From Mobula hypostoma (taxonomy: Eukaryota): 64,000 nt of DNA. The notes below the pieces were generated by a model. It had not been told where the DNA came from, ran no database searches, and saw nothing but the letters and a program-made list of their open reading frames with translations. Each line of letters starts with the position of its first letter. Within the stretch, counting starts at the first letter, position 1. This document shows, piece by piece, positions 1-13,564 of this stretch. The DNA lies in NCBI RefSeq assembly GCF_963921235.1, contig NC_086097.1, positions 87,050,001 through 87,114,000 on the forward strand. The letters run 5' to 3'. Both the position numbers and the translations under genes were made by a program.

Positions 1-520
1 AGGACATGCTTTTGCCAATCCAAACTGACGGGGGTCGGCAAGTGAGGAAATCCAGAATCCAATTACACAAGGGGGTATAAAGGCCCAGGTCATGGAGTTT
101 ACAATTAGTTTTGAGGGGATGATGGTATTGAATGTTGAGCTGCAATCAATAGACAGCATCATGATGTATGTATCTTTGCTGTTCAAATGTTCCAGGTTCA
201 TGTGAAGAATCAATGAGTTGGCATCTACTGTGGATCTTATGCTTCGGTAGGCAAATTGGAGTGGATCTAAGTCACCACTCAGATATACTTCAACACCAGC
301 CTCTCAAAACACTTCACCACTGTGGATATAAGTGCCATTGGATGATAGTCATTGAGTCAGGTTGCCATGCTCTTCTTGGGCACTGGTATGATTGAAGCCT
401 GCTTGAAGCAAGATGGGTACCACACATCACACATCGCTGGAGCAAGAGGTTGAGGTTATCTGCGAACACACCAGGCAGTTGGTCAGCACAGGTCTTCAGT
501 ACTCAGCCAGGTACTCCATT
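1..520 (-). mobile_element. Rex1/Babar-type LINE RT fragment (degenerate)
   Basis: Minus-strand translation gives ..VVKCFE.. and ..[12 protein letters not shown].., typical Rex1/Babar RT segments; similar to 27234-27515. Confidence 0.65.
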
Positions 521-529
521 CACACCAGA

Positions 530-776
530 AAATCCCAGGAGATCAGCAGTTTCTGAGGTACTCAAACCATTCTGTCTGGCACCAACAATCATTCCATGGT
601 CAAGTCAGACAGATCTCATTTCTTCCCCATTCTGATGTTTGATCTAAACAACTGAACCTCTTGACCATGTTTGCATGCTTTTATGCACTGAGTTGCTGAC
701 AGATGATTGGCTGATTAGATATTTGCATTAATGAGCAAGTGTAAAGGTGTACCTAATAAAGTGACCACTGAGTGTA
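530..776. mobile_element. Tc1/mariner-like non-autonomous element end
   Basis: Ends in ACCTAATAAAGTGACCACTGAGTG followed by TA (a Tc1-type TIR plus TA target); a related copy lies at about 36806-37182. Confidence 0.6.
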
Positions 777-882
777 TAATAAATAAACAACATAGATTCA
801 GTCAAGCAGCATTTGTGAAAAGAGAGATCCTTTCTTAGAATTGGGAGACTGCAGTGTTTACAGTTTTCAAACCTGTGAGGTC

Positions 883-1190
883 CATAACACATAGGAGCTG
901 AATTAGGTCATTCGGCCCATCAAGTCTGCTCTGCCATTCCATCTTATTTTACCATTCAACCCCATTCTCCTCCCTGTAACCTGACACTCTTGCTAATCAA
1001 GAACCTATTAATCTTCACAAATATAGCCAATGACGTGGCCTCCATAGCTATCTGTGGCAATGAATTCCAAAGATTCACCACCCTCTGGCTAAAGAAATTC
1101 CTCATCATCCCTATTCTAATGGAATGTCCTTCTACTCTGAGGCTGAGCTTTCTGGTTCTAGACTCTTATCCTCTCCAAGTCCACTCTATT
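883..1190 (-). mobile_element. CR1 LINE 3' end
   Basis: Reverse complement encodes ..RNFFSQRVVNLWNSLP.. followed by a CR1 3' UTR. Confidence 0.75.
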
Positions 1191-1602
1191 TAAGCAAAGT
1201 TGTCCTTTTAAAGGTTTGTCCTATATGGCTTAGCGCAGGGGTAAGACAAAAACCTATATGAGATGGCTGAAGACAGATCAGGTGATAAGGAACATGAGAA
1301 TTAACCATTAACAAGATATTATAAAGAAATCAGATGACAAAGGGACATAGTCATGTTAATGGAAAAGAGTGAAAGCATAATTTACACAAAGTTAGAAGTT
1401 GTAATTCTATCTTGAGATGGACTTCACAATGTAGGTCACCACAGAGAGACAGGGTGGATTGTGAGTGGGATTAAAGTGTCATGCAGCAAGAAGTTAAGGA
1501 CACAACATGCTGAGGTCATTGTGCAAAGTTTCATTAACAGCAGGTTTGTTTTGGTAGCATTTAATATGATCAAAGAACTCAACAAAAAGACCCTGGCTAA
1601 TC

Positions 1603-1715
1603 ATAAACACAAGACATTCGGCAGATGCTGGAAATCTTGAGCAACACACACAAAATGCTGGAGGAAAAAACAGCAAATCAGACAACATCCATTGAGGGAA
1701 TAATCGGCCAACATT
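1603..1715 (-). mobile_element. Penelope-like terminal repeat fragment
   Basis: GCAGATGCTGGAAATC..GCAACACACACAAAATGCTGGAGGAA matches the other PLE terminal repeats in the window. Confidence 0.65.
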
Positions 1716-2304
1716 AAGTGACTCTGAATTGAAATCAATAAATGGCAGGAAATTATTTTGGTAGCAACATCATTGCTTATAACATTCATACAAGATTATA
1801 TCTGGTGGATATCTGGTGCAATTGGAAGACACACCTGGAAAATTGTTCTTGATTGCTGGAGTTTATCAGATCATTAAACGTAACCATGCAGTGAACACGG
1901 TAGGAAATCGTTTGAATGTAATGTGCTTATGGGTTCATAAACCTTGAAGGCTTTGTTTCTATGAGTTAATGTGATCAATAAACCCAGCAGGGAAAAAAAA
2001 ATTGGCAATTTATTAATGGAACTGATGAACACACACAATAGGAAAAATACATTGTTTGTGGTATTAATGAGAGCAATAATATATGACTTTTTCTTGATGC
2101 AATGCAAGAAATTTCCATATAATTAACACGACTATTTTCACTCTTGGTTATAGCAGGTCAAATCCAATGTAAAAATCCATAAACTACAGTCAGTTTTCTC
2201 TAGTCCTCCAGTGGATCTATTGTTATTGTCCTGGTACATAGACAATAACAATGGGCCAGCACTGAGATTACTGTAATTAATTCACTCAACACAGTAATTA
2301 GCCA

Positions 2305-2750
2305 AAGCAACACACACAAAATGCTGGAGGAACTCTGCTGGCCAGGCAGCATACAATAAATAGTCAACATTTCAGGTAGAGGCCGTTTATCAAGACTGGA
2401 AAGGAAGGGGGAATGCCCAAGAATAACAAGGGGGGAGGAAGGGAATGAAGGTAAGATGGAAGGTGATAGGGTGATGCCAGGTACGTGGGAAAGATAAAGG
2501 TCTCAAGAAGAAAGAATCTGATAGGAAAGGAGAGTGGACCATGGAAGAAGGGAAGAAGGTGAGGTACCAGGATGAGGTGATAGGTAGGTGAGGAGAAGAG
2601 GTAAGAGGCCAGAGTGAGGAATAGAAGAGGGAAGGGGGAGGGAAAAAAATTACCGGAAGGAGAAATCAATTTTCATGCCATCAGATAAGAGGCTACCTAA
2701 ATGGAATATGACGTGTTGCTCTTCCACCGTAAGAGCGGCCTCATCATAGC
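2305..2750 (-). mobile_element. Penelope-like element 3' end (GIY-YIG C-terminus plus terminal repeat)
   Basis: Encodes ..EEQHVIFHLGSLLSDGMKIDFSFR*, like 34919-35212, followed by a pyrimidine-rich UTR and a degenerate hammerhead. Confidence 0.8.
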
Positions 2751-2754
2751 AGAA

Positions 2755-3933
2755 GCACACTGTAGTGCTCTTTTTCATAATGCAATTTACATTTTTATCT
2801 ATTTCTTTTCCCTGTTCTTTGTATTTGCATTTTCTGCAAGTTTCACCTTTAAACTTGCATTGGTCTGGTGTATGAGCCCTGCCACAATGGTAGCATAATA
2901 TGTTTGGCCAGGCCAATTTCTGTTTAGAATTTGCAGCTTTGTTCATGCTCACTTTCTTTCCTGACTGCAACTCAATTACATCTCCATCTGCTGTTTCTAT
3001 TCACATAGCCATTTCAACTACTCTTTTAAATGTAAGTTGTGCTTCAGTTAGGAGCCAGTTTCAAAGGCTTTCTTGAAAGATTCTGCAAACTAGATGATCT
3101 CTCAGTGCATCATTATACCCATCATTGAACTGACAATGCTCAGGCAATCTCTTCCATTCAGCCAAGTAACCAGAAATGAATTTACTTTCTTTTTCATTTT
3201 GTTTCTGAAACCTAATGAGTTCTTCAGTCAATGATGGTTTTGGTTCTAAATGTTCACGATATCAATAAAACTCATTTCGGCTGGTTTGGTTGGAGCAGTC
3301 AAACTCCTATGTAAACTTAAACCCAATGAACTCAACAAAACTTGTACTTGTTTCTCATTGGTTATTTCATTTGTTTTAAGAATAGTGCTCAATCCATTCA
3401 GTATACCTATCCCAGTTATCTTTTATGTACGCAAACATGTCAGTCTTTTTGATGTAGCCAGCCATTTTTTAAAAGATTATTATCAACTGGCACTCACTGT
3501 TTATGAAACCATGAATACTTCCATTTTCTGCCTTTTTTAACTTAGTCACCTTTCCTTTTGCAAAGAAAACATGTTGCTTCGAAGAAAAAAATGTGCTGTG
3601 CTTTTTTTTCACCTCAATCTTCTGGCTGCACTTCAACAGGTAGGTAGTTGCCTCAAATTCGTTTTAAAAAACCTCGTCGCCATTGCTACATTTTGTAACT
3701 CAAAAATATAAAAACTAATTGAAAGAAAAGCAAGGGAGTCTGAAATGAAAGTCTAAGTTTGTGTTTACTTTAAGTGAAGGCACACACATATCACATGGTA
3801 GCATCAGGACATAGGTAATTCACTTATTTTTACATATAGCCTGTAATTAATTATTTAAACAAAAAAGAGTGCTTAATCAAACAATATATTTACACTATTA
3901 CTCGAATACTACTGAAATATTGAATACACAACG
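2755..3933 (-). mobile_element. Gypsy-type LTR retrotransposon 5' remnant: LTR about 3684-3933, PBS 3672-3682, degenerate gag
   Basis: CCHC knuckle CYHCGRAHTPDQC..CRKC and a gag-like LRDHLVCRI segment; TGGCGACGAGG lies immediately downstream of an LTR-like CA end on the minus strand. Confidence 0.65.
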
Positions 3934-4612
3934 TTAGCTTGCAAGTTGAGTTTGTGGTAAGGATAGGAAATGAAATGTTAGCACTCATTTAGAGAGGACT
4001 GGAATACAAAAGCAAGGCTGTAATCTGAGGTTTTATACGGCATTGATAAGGCTGCTTTTAGAGTATTGTGTGCAGATTTAGGCACCTTATCGGAGAAAAG
4101 ATACACTGGGATTGGACAGAGTCCAGAAGAGGTTCTTGAGAATGATTCTGGGAATGAAAGGGTTATTGTCTGTGCAATATTTGATGGCTCTGTGCCTGTA
4201 CTCACTGGACTTCAGAAGAATGAGGGGGGGATCTCATTGTAACCTATCAAGTATTGAAAGAGCTAGATAGAGTGGATGTGGAGAGGATGTTTCCTATAGT
4301 GGGTGTCTAGGACCAGAGGGCACAGCCTCAGAATTGAGGGATGTCCATTTAGAACAGAGATGAGGATGAATTTCTTTAGCCAGAGGTTGGTGAATATTTG
4401 TAATTCTTTGCAAAGACAGCTGAGGAGGCAAAGTCACTGGATATATTTAAAATGGAGTTTGATAGCTTCTTGATTATTAAGGATGTCAAAGGTTATGGGG
4501 AGAAGACAGGAGTATGGGCTTGAGAGTAATAATGAATCAGCCATAATTCAATTATGGAGCAGAGTCAATAGGCCAAATGTCCCAATTCTGCACCTGTGAT
4601 TTATGGTCTTAT
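3934..4612 (+). mobile_element. CR1 LINE 3' part
   Basis: Degenerate CR1 ORF2 C-terminus (AATTTCTTTAGCCAGAGGTTGGTGAAT) and a TTATGGTCTTAT tail. Confidence 0.75.
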
Positions 4613-4619
4613 AACCAAT

Positions 4620-5165
4620 GGAGGAGGGAAGATTTGAAATAGTGACAGAGGCTGGGAGGTAATAGGCAGAGACAGTAATAGGCTGCAGATATGGAATTTG
4701 AAAGGAAAGGAAGTTGGAATATGGAAGCAAATAAGTGAGGTGGGCTGGGCACATGAGAACGGTGGGGAAGTGACCCAGTGAGAGGATAGGAGGCCAGGAA
4801 TTGGGTGAGGTAGGGGTTGGAGGAACTGGATCGATCAGGAGGACAAAGAAAAGGTACAGAGGGAGAGGATTTTATCTGAGCTCACAGAATTCAATGTTCA
4901 TGCCATCAGGTTGTATACTACCAAGGCAGAATATGAGGTGCTGTTCCTCTAGTTCATCTTTAGCCTCACACTGGCAGTGGAGGATACTATGGAAAGACAG
5001 GTAATTATGAGAATGGGGAGGGAAATTCCAATTTCAGGAGCTCCAGAACACCAGGGCAGATGGAGCGCAGGTGCTCTGGGAAGTGTTTTCCTAGTATTTG
5101 CTTGCTTGAGGAAGCCATGCCCAGAGCACTGAATGCAACAAAACGCATTTGGAGGAGATGCATCC
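4620..5165 (-). mobile_element. Old Penelope-like GIY-YIG remnant
   Basis: Reverse complement has ..EEQHLIFCLGSIQPDGMNIEF.., matching 34919-35212. Confidence 0.65.
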
Positions 5166-6036
5166 ATAGCATTCTATTAGTGCATATTTTTTGGCCATCT
5201 CAAACTGTACCACTGTAGCTCCATCAAGTAGCACTTACATCTATAGAATTAAATTTAAAAACCTATCATGCCCTATGAAAAATTCCCTTGTGTTCCAGTA
5301 TAAAGGATGCAGAATTCAGAACAGATCTTCAGACTAACCCAGCTGACAGTGGGATGGAGTATAGGCATTAATTTATCCATAATCCCACATGTGAAAACAT
5401 TTCCAATATTAGTAATAGACATACTCCAAATATGACAGCTATTACTATGTTTATTGCCAATGAATGTCTATAGATGATGATTTTCTTGAGGAGAAGTTAT
5501 GAATTTCTGATCTTTAGCCATAGAAAAAGCCTCTGAGGACTCCAGCTGAGCCCACTTTTGATGCAGAGTACTACGAGATAAGAGAGTTTGATGCTTTTGC
5601 CAGTGCAGGAAAGAGCAGGGTATTATTAAGCATTGATTGCCTTTTAAACTGTCTCCTCATTCTTATTAGAAAGACTGCTTGCCATTTTGATGGCAAGAGC
5701 TATGAACTTGCACCTTTTCCAGCAATAACTTACTGAATCTAATCTAATGATTTGTTCTGACGATTTTTATTGTTATTTAACAGGCACATCCTTCATTTCT
5801 TCATTTCTCAATGTCCCATTACAGCTGGTAGAACAAGGGGGGATATGAAACAATTTCTGAGAGTTTGTTTTGATTATACCAAACATTCATTCAACAGTCC
5901 AAACTGTAACCCAGAATGATGACACTAAATGCAATGTTTAGTCACAACAGCATGCTGTGGTTTCCTTTGAATATCAATCATTAATGACCCTTAAATGAAC
6001 TTTGAGGCAGAATGCAATGCACTGATGCGTCTGTAC

Positions 6037-6525
6037 ACAGCAAGGTTCTGATAAACCTGTACTCTCGGGACTTTGGTGATGCCAGACTTGCAGTTTTTCC
6101 AGGTTTTTGGAGATAACTCACATTATTCCAACACACTTTTATTTCATTTGCTTTTACACTTTATACTGCAGTATAATAATTTAACAGAGAGCAGTCAGTT
6201 TCAAGGAGGCCGGAAGCCAACTTTCAGTGAGTTTGAGTTCACATATTTCTGCAGTGGAGAAACCTTTGAGAACTCCGACTTGTACTTTGGACCATGGCAT
6301 GTACTCCAGACTCTGGTTCTGGCCACATCCCCATCCCGTACTCCAGGCTCCAGCAACATCTACAGACCCCAGTGTTCCTGACTCCAGCCCGCACCCCAGT
6401 AACAAGAAGTCAACTTCATGCGTACAGGAATCTGTGTGGGTAGTTGGTCCTGAGTGTACTAATGAGCAAGCCTGATGCCAAACTGTTGGGATTTCTGAAC
6501 AACTGGATTATTAGAGTTCTACTAC
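6037..6525. mobile_element. Possible pogo/Tigger-type MITE
   Basis: Degenerate inverted termini (CAGCAAGGTTCTGATAA.. and ..CTGGATTATTAGAGTTCTACTA). Confidence 0.4.
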
Positions 6526-6549
6526 AGCATTAACATGGTTACCTATCAG

Positions 6550-6765
6550 AGTCTTTCTTCTCCAGCCCTTGACCTTTTCCACCCATCTGGCTACGTCCAT
6601 CACCTTCCAGCTAGCCTCTTTGCCCTCCCCCCATCTTTATATTCTGGTGCCTTTCCCCTTTCTTCTCAGTCCTGAAGAAGGATCTTGACATGAAACGTCA
6701 ACTATTTATTCTTTTCCATAGGTGCTGCCTGACCTGCTGAGTTCCTCCAGCATTTTGAGTGCTAC
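6550..6765 (+). mobile_element. Penelope-like terminal repeat with degenerate hammerhead (6667-6703)
   Basis: cagtc-CTGAAGA-aggatcttgacat-GAAAC-GTC-aact, followed by GCTGCCTGACCTGCTGAGTTCCTCCAGCATTTTG. Confidence 0.75.
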
Positions 6766-7794
6766 TTCATTTTTAGATAGGTGTTTATTTCAGAAATTTT
6801 CCAAGGATTTGGTATGGTATTCCACTTTTTTGGACATCAGGAAAAAGAGAGTGGTTAGTCACTGGCATAATATTGGGGTATGCCAAGGTGTTCTGGAAGA
6901 ATGAAAGAACATTAAATATTGGTTGTTGCAGAAGAGACAGGCAGGAAGAGAGGAGGATGACAAGTCATCCTCCTGTTCCAACCTTATTCTACCAGATCAT
7001 CTAATATTACAAAGACTGAATCATCCTGAAATCGGTGCCAATCAAAACAGGTACAATTTCAGTCCACATATACTGTTCCTTGACAATGGTTGAGTATTCT
7101 CAATTTTAGCGTTTGCAAATAATGTCGGGTAATAGCATTCTGCAATTAAGAACAAAACTGTGTGCTAAAAGATGTTTATTGGATGAAAGTAGGTGTAAAA
7201 CCAACCTGTCAATTAGAAAGACTTCCTGAAACGTGGATTGAGCACAAAAATAATGCTTGACTTTTACCCCGAAGTGTATATTGAGGACCTTCCATAAGTA
7301 CTCACTAACCACAAATATCATTGCACTGACCTCCCACCCATGCTAAATCTGTCCTGTTAGTGAGATAGGACATCCCAAAAGTGACAATGGTGAAATCTGG
7401 GAGTCAACCCAGAGGAATGCTTCTGTAAGTATGACCATGTCATGTCATGACCAGTCTTTGGGAAGGTTTCCCATCTTAAAAGCAAAACCCCAGATGCTCA
7501 TGAAGAGCAAGTTGTAGAATTAACTGAACAGTATATACTTTTAATGTGTGACTGAATTCAGTGCATTGATCGATGCTGTATATTTGACTACTTTTAGATT
7601 TATGACAAATTGTAGCATTGTGGTACAACCAAGAAACTTGTTTAGCCAATTTTGGGCAAAGTTTAGAAACAACCACTTCCACCTACTGGGCAGTTTATAG
7701 TCATGATTAGGTCAGTTTAAATTATTTGTGAACCATAACAATCCATATCCCAAGTGCAAATGCATTTAAAATATAAGACATTTCATCTTTTACT

Positions 7795-8580
7795 CAAAGA
7801 TTCAAAGGTTCATTTATTATCAAAGTAGGCAACTTGGAAATTCTTCTTCTCCAGATAACCATGAAACCAAGAAAGAAAAGAACAGCGGAACGATCATTAA
7901 CCCCCAAACCCCTCTTCCTCGCGCAGAAAATGAACAAAAGTGGAATAGGCACATTGACCCCCAAATCTCCCTCCTATGCACACACAAAAAAAGAGGAAGA
8001 ACCGGCCTAAAATACAGAATATAAAAAAACTATAAGACTGAAAAAAGTCTATAGGCCAAGTCCATATCCAAAACGCAGAAAACCTGGATAATATTCTATG
8101 GGTCCAGCAGCAGGCCTTTCCCTCTCCAGAGCACAGCGATCCCACCAGCGATCAAAAGGCAGTCTCCCCTCTCTATAGCGGAGTGATTCCCCTAGCGATA
8201 AAAAGACAGACAGCTGGCGCTTACCTTCCAAATTCGCCTTCATGTTTCAACCCTCCTCCTTGCTTTAATCGGCGAACAATGGGAGCTTTACTCAGTGAAC
8301 TGGAGTTGAACATTGGCATGCACCCTGTCCCGTAGCCTTCTCACCTCGAGTTTCGCTTACACAGCCGCTGCCTCCTGGAATCCTCTGGGAGACTGCAAAG
8401 CGCTGAAACAACCAAATAATCTCCAAACTGCAAATCACGGGCTCCGCAGGTCCAGAATCATGCTCAAGATGAAAAGCAAAATGTAAAAGGCATAACAGAA
8501 ATGAAATTTATGTTTCCATAATCTATCCGGAAGATGTTGACCGAAGGAGCATTGTACACAGGCACCATCTTGGCCAGAAT
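7795..8580 (-). mobile_element. Unclassified non-autonomous retroelement
   Basis: On the minus strand it starts GGCCAAGATGGTGCC and ends AATAAATGAACCTTTGAA; weakly related segments at about 9945-10250 and 14075-14515. Confidence 0.4.
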
Positions 8581-8724
8581 GACTTTGAACCTTGACGGTG
8601 CAGGATGAGCAGAAATCCTCTCTATCAGAGACAGAAATTGTTGCTTCCTGATGCAGTCTCCTTTCCATGGTCCCTACTTCTATCTGGGTGATGAAAAAGC
8701 TAAACCAAACTTTTCAACCATGAT

Positions 8725-8881
8725 CAACAGAAAGTCTATAGATGCTGGGAATCCAAGCAACACACACAAAATGCTGGAGGAACTCAGCAGGCCAGGCAGC
8801 ATCCATGGAAAAAAGTATAGTCGACGTTTCGGCCTTTCAGCAGGACTGGAGAAAAGAAAGCTGAGGAGTAGATTTGGAAGG
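8725..8881 (-). mobile_element. Short PLE terminal-repeat insertion with a 14-bp TSD
   Basis: TTTTCAACCATGAT at 8711-8724 and 8882-8895; contains a stem-II-deleted hammerhead variant at 8818-8848. Confidence 0.85.
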
Positions 8882-11800
8882 TTTTCAACCATGATTTTGT
8901 GTTTAGCTCTGAAAACAGTTTGCACCAATAAGACTTCTCAATTCAATCTCTGTAACACACCCAACTTTTGATTCAGTCATTCACTGGATGTGGATGTCTT
9001 AACTCCCACCCCACCTCCGGGTGCTGTTCTTTAACCTATAAAGGCCTTACCCACAGGAATTCCTTCTCATAGACTTCCTTTCAAATTTATCAATCCTTTC
9101 TAATACCTGCTGCTTTGTTCAAGCATTTTTCCATTTGAACTGATACCCTTTTTGAGTGCTGTGTTTTTTTTAGCACACTAAGGTGTTTTAATATTTATGA
9201 AGTGCAATATTATAATGATTGTTGAAGGTGAAATGGTGACTGCTTAAAGTGTGGTTGCAATTCTTGCAAATGTCAGTGCAGGCATTACTGTTATAGGTTA
9301 CGTGAAATACATTTGTGAAAATGAGTATTTCTGATGCAGTGTTGTTTGTTGCAGCTGCAAATGTATTAAGATTAGTGTACATGTATTGCGTAGGTGTGAG
9401 AAATAAATATTTAAGATTTAGGTATGTTTACTCCTAACAAAGTTGTATTTAGAATCAACTACAAGTGATTAGGAAATATATGTAAGCCTTGTTGAAGATG
9501 CAAGTGTATTGTGAGCATGTATGATGTGTTTTAGATTACTGCTGGAGGAAGGATAAGAAGGTTTATGTATTTTGAATCTTTCGGTTATAGACTTGATTCA
9601 TGCAGAAGTTGATGTAGATGCCTGGTGAAATCAAAATTGATCCAGTGATATGAAACGAGCACACGGTGGCAGTCTTCTACCACTTCACTACACTTCACAT
9701 GGCAAAAAATTAAAACCAATGCAGGACAAACTTTAATAATGCCAATAGACAGGCAAAATGATTACTTGACAACTATTTATGCACCTCTTTTATTTCAGAA
9801 ATAAATTACAAACTTATGAAAAATACATATTCTTTAACTATGTTCAGTTATTTTTGCAAGATCTCTGGTATCATGCTGTGGCCACCCTTAGATGCTGGTT
9901 CTGTGTGGAAAATTTACTGGTGATGGAAAAATATTTGTACTTTCAATGGTTCAGTGGTTCCATTGATATCAGAGAATGTATACAATATACATCCTGAAAG
10001 TTTTACTCTCCATAGACATCTACAAAAACAGAATAGAACCCCAAAGAATGAATGACAGAAAAAAAACATTAGAACCCCAAAACCTCCCACCCCCTCCCAT
10101 GAACAAGCAATGGTAAAGCATCAATCCTCCCCTTCCCCCACTTCTTTCAGCAGGAAGCATCAGCACCCATCACCCATCAAGCAAACAATAGCAAAGCCCC
10201 CAAAGAGAGGCCATGATCTGCAATCCAACAAAAACTATTGTTCATCGAATTGATGTGACGGAGGAAAGGGAGGTTGGCTAACAAATAGAAAAAGCTTGGA
10301 GACAGTGCAAAAAGGAGGATAGGCAGGTGGTAGAGAAGGGACACGCACAGACCGGTGGTTTGAGATGTGTCTATTTTAATGCGAGGAGTATGAGGAGCAA
10401 AGCGGATGAGCTTAGAGCGTGGATCAGCACTAGGAGCTATGATGTTGTGACGTGCAGGGGCAGGAATGGCTACTTCAAGTGCTAGGCTTTAGGTGTTTCA
10501 GAAGGGACAGGGAGGGAGGCAAAAGAGGTGGGGGTGTGGCACTGCTGATCAGAGATCGTTTCACAGCTGCAGAACAGGAGGAAGTCATGGAGGGGTTGTC
10601 TACAGAGTCTCTGTGGGTGGAAGTTAGGAATAGGAAGGGTCAATAACTCTACTGGGTGTTTTTTATACACCACCCAATAGTAACAGGGACATTGAGGAGC
10701 AGATAGGGTGACAGATTCTGCAAAGGTGTAATAATAACAGGATTGATGTGGAGGATTTCCCAAATATTGATTGGCATCTCCCTAGAGTGAAGGGTTTAGA
10801 TGGCGTGGAGTTTGTTAAGTGTGTTCAGGAAGGTTTCTTGACACAATAAATAGATAAGCCTACAAGAGGAGAGGCTGTACTTGATCTGGTATTGGGAAAT
10901 GAACCTGGTCAGGTGTCAGGTCTGTCAGTGGGAGAGCATTTTGGAGATCGTGATCTCAATTTTATCTCCTTTACAATAGCATTGGAGAGGGATAGGAATA
11001 GACAAGTTACAGAAATGTTTAATTGGAGTAAAGGGAAATATGAGGCTATCAGGCAGGAACTTGGAGGCATAAATTGGAAAGAGATGTTCTCAGGGAAACG
11101 TATGGAAGAAATGTGGCAAATGTTCAAGGGATATTTGCGCGGGGTTCTGGATAGGTATGTTCCAATGAGACAGGGAAAGGATGGTAGAGTACAGGAACCA
11201 TGGTGTACTAAGGCTATTGTAAATCTAGTCAAGAAGAAGAGTTTACAAAAGGTTCAAAAAACTAGGTACAGATAGAGATCTAGAAGATTATAAGGCCAGA
11301 AGGAAGGAGCTTAAGAATGAAGTTAGGAGAGTCAGAAGAGGCCATGAGAAGGCCATGGTGGACAGGATTAAGGAAAACCCCAAGGCATTCTACAAGTATG
11401 TGAAGAGGATAAGATGTGAGAGAATAGGACCAATCAAGAGTGACAGTGGAAGTGTGTGTGGAACCGAAGGAGATAGTAGAGGTACTTAATGAATACTTTG
11501 CTTCAGTATTCACTACGGAATAGTATCTTGGCGATTGTAAGGATGACTTGCAGCAGACTGAAAAGCTTGAGCATGTAGATATTAAGGAAAAGGATGTGCT
11601 GGAGCTTTTGGAAAGCATCAAGTTGGATAAGTCACCAAGACCGGACAGGATGTACCCCAGGCTACTGTGGGAAGTGAGGGAGGAGATTGCTGAGCCTCTG
11701 GCAATGATCTTTGCATCATCAATGAGGATGGGAGAGGTTCCAGAAGATTGGAGGGTTGTGGATGTTATTCCCTTATTCAAGAAAGGGAGTAGGGATAGTC

Positions 11801-12956
11801 CAGGAAATTATAGGCCATTGTGTCTTACTTCAGTGGTTGGTAAGTTGATGGAGAAGATCCTAAGAGGCAGGATTTATGACATTTGGAGAGGCATATTATG
11901 ATTAGGAATAGTCAGCATGGCTTTGTCAAAGGCAAGTCTTGCCTTATGAGCCTGACTGAATTTTTTTGAGGATGTGACTAAACACATTGATGAAGGTAGA
12001 GCAGTAGATGCAGTGTATATGGATATCAGCAAGGCATTTGATAAGGTACTCCATGCAAGGCTTACTGAGAAAGTAAGGAGGCATGGGATCCAAAGGGACA
12101 TTGCTTTGTGGATCCAGAACTGGCTTACCCACAGAAGGCAAAGAGTGGTTGTAAATGGGTCATATTCTGCATGGAGGTTGGTGACCAGTGGTGTGCCTCA
12201 CAGATCTGTTCTGGGACCCCTACTCTTTGTGATTTTTGTAAATGACCTAGATGAGGATGTAGAGTGTTGAATTAGTAAATTTGCTGATGACACAAAAGTT
12301 GGGGGTGTTGTGGATAGTGTGGAGGGCTGTCAGAGGTTACAGTGGAACATTGATAGGATGCAAAAGTGGGCTGAGAAGTGACAGATGGAGTTCAACACAA
12401 ATAAGTGTGAGGTGGTTCATTTTGGTAGGTCAAATATGATGGCAGAATATAGCATTAATAGTAAGACTCTTGGCAGTGTGGAGGATCAGAGGGATCGTGG
12501 GGTCCGAGACCATAGGACACTCAAACTGCTACGGAAGTTGACTCTGTGGTTAAGAAGGCACATGGTGCATTGGGCTTCATCAACCATGGGATTGAATTTA
12601 AGAGCCGAGAGGTAATGTTGCAGCTATATTGAACCCTGGTCAGACCCCACTTAGAGTACTGTACTCAATTCTGGTCGCCTCACTACAGGAAGGATGTGGA
12701 AACCATAGAAAGGGTGCAGAGGAGATTTACAAGGATGTTTTCTGGATTGGGGAGCATGCCTTATGAGAGTAGGTTGTGTGAACTGGGCCTTTTCTCTTTC
12801 TTCCCGGACCTCCTGTCTCATGATCCTCTCGTATCCCTTTTGCCAATCACCTGTCCAGCTCTTGGCTCCATCCCTCCCCCTCCTGTCTTCTCCTATCATT
12901 TTGGATCCCCCCCTCCCCCTCCAACTTTCAAATCTCTTACTCACTCTTCCTTCAGT

Positions 12957-12994
12957 TAGTCCTGACGAAGGGTCTCGGCCTGAAACGTCGACTG
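12957..12994 (+). ncRNA. Minimal type I hammerhead ribozyme motif
   Basis: tagtc-CTGACGA-agggtctcggcct-GAAAC-GTC^gactg. Stem I is AGTC/GACT, the core is CUGANGA/GAAA/GUC, and the palindromic ACGT replaces stem III. Confidence 0.75.
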
Positions 12995-13108
12995 TACCTC
13001 TTCCTAGAGATGCTACCTGGCCTGCTGCGTTCGTCTTGAAATCCCAGCATCTGCAGAATTCCTGTCGTTTGCGTTTTTAAATTCACTACTGCAAAGCCTC
13101 TTCCGGTG

Positions 13109-13273
13109 ATGCCTACACCGAAGAAGTTTAGATCCTCTCTTCGACGGGAGTTCAGTGAAACCATCTCTCACTGCTCCCCATCCGTAATTTCTTTGGCTCT
13201 TCAACTTTTCGACCACGTTTTGACTCAGACTCACTATCACAGCCATATATCCTTTCTTGGAATGTGCCGCTAA
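13109..13273 (+). CDS. 54-aa mini-ORF: PLE ORF N-terminus fused to the ORF's terminal codon
   Basis: MPTPKKFRSSLRREFSETISHCSPSVISLALQLFDHVLTQTHYHSHISFLGMCR*. It ends CCGCTAATGCCCC, identical to the end of the GIY-YIG ORF at about 35206-35218. Translation is not shown. Confidence 0.5.
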   Translation: MPTPKKFRSSLRREFSETISHCSPSVISLALQLFDHVLTQTHYHSHISFLGMCR

Positions 13274-13564
13274 TGCCCCACCTCCCCCTCACACCCCATC
13301 TGTTACTTATTTTTATACACACATTCTTTCTCTCACTCTCCTTTTTCTCCCTCTGTCCCTCCGAATATACCCCTTGTCCATCCTCTGGGTCCCCCCCCCT
13401 TGTCTTTCTTCCCGGACCTCCTGTCCCATGATCCTCTCGTATCCCTTTTGCCAATCACCTGTCCAGCTCTTGGCTCCATCCCTCCCCCTCCTGTCTTCTC
13501 CTATCATTTTGGATCTCCCCTTCCCCCTCCCACTTTCAAATCTCATACTCACTCTTCCTTCAGT

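Noticed and set aside
6932..7050. AG..GT bounded open segment (KRQAGREEDDKSSSCSNL..)
   Set aside because: Weak polypyrimidine tract and donor, and no recognisable homology.
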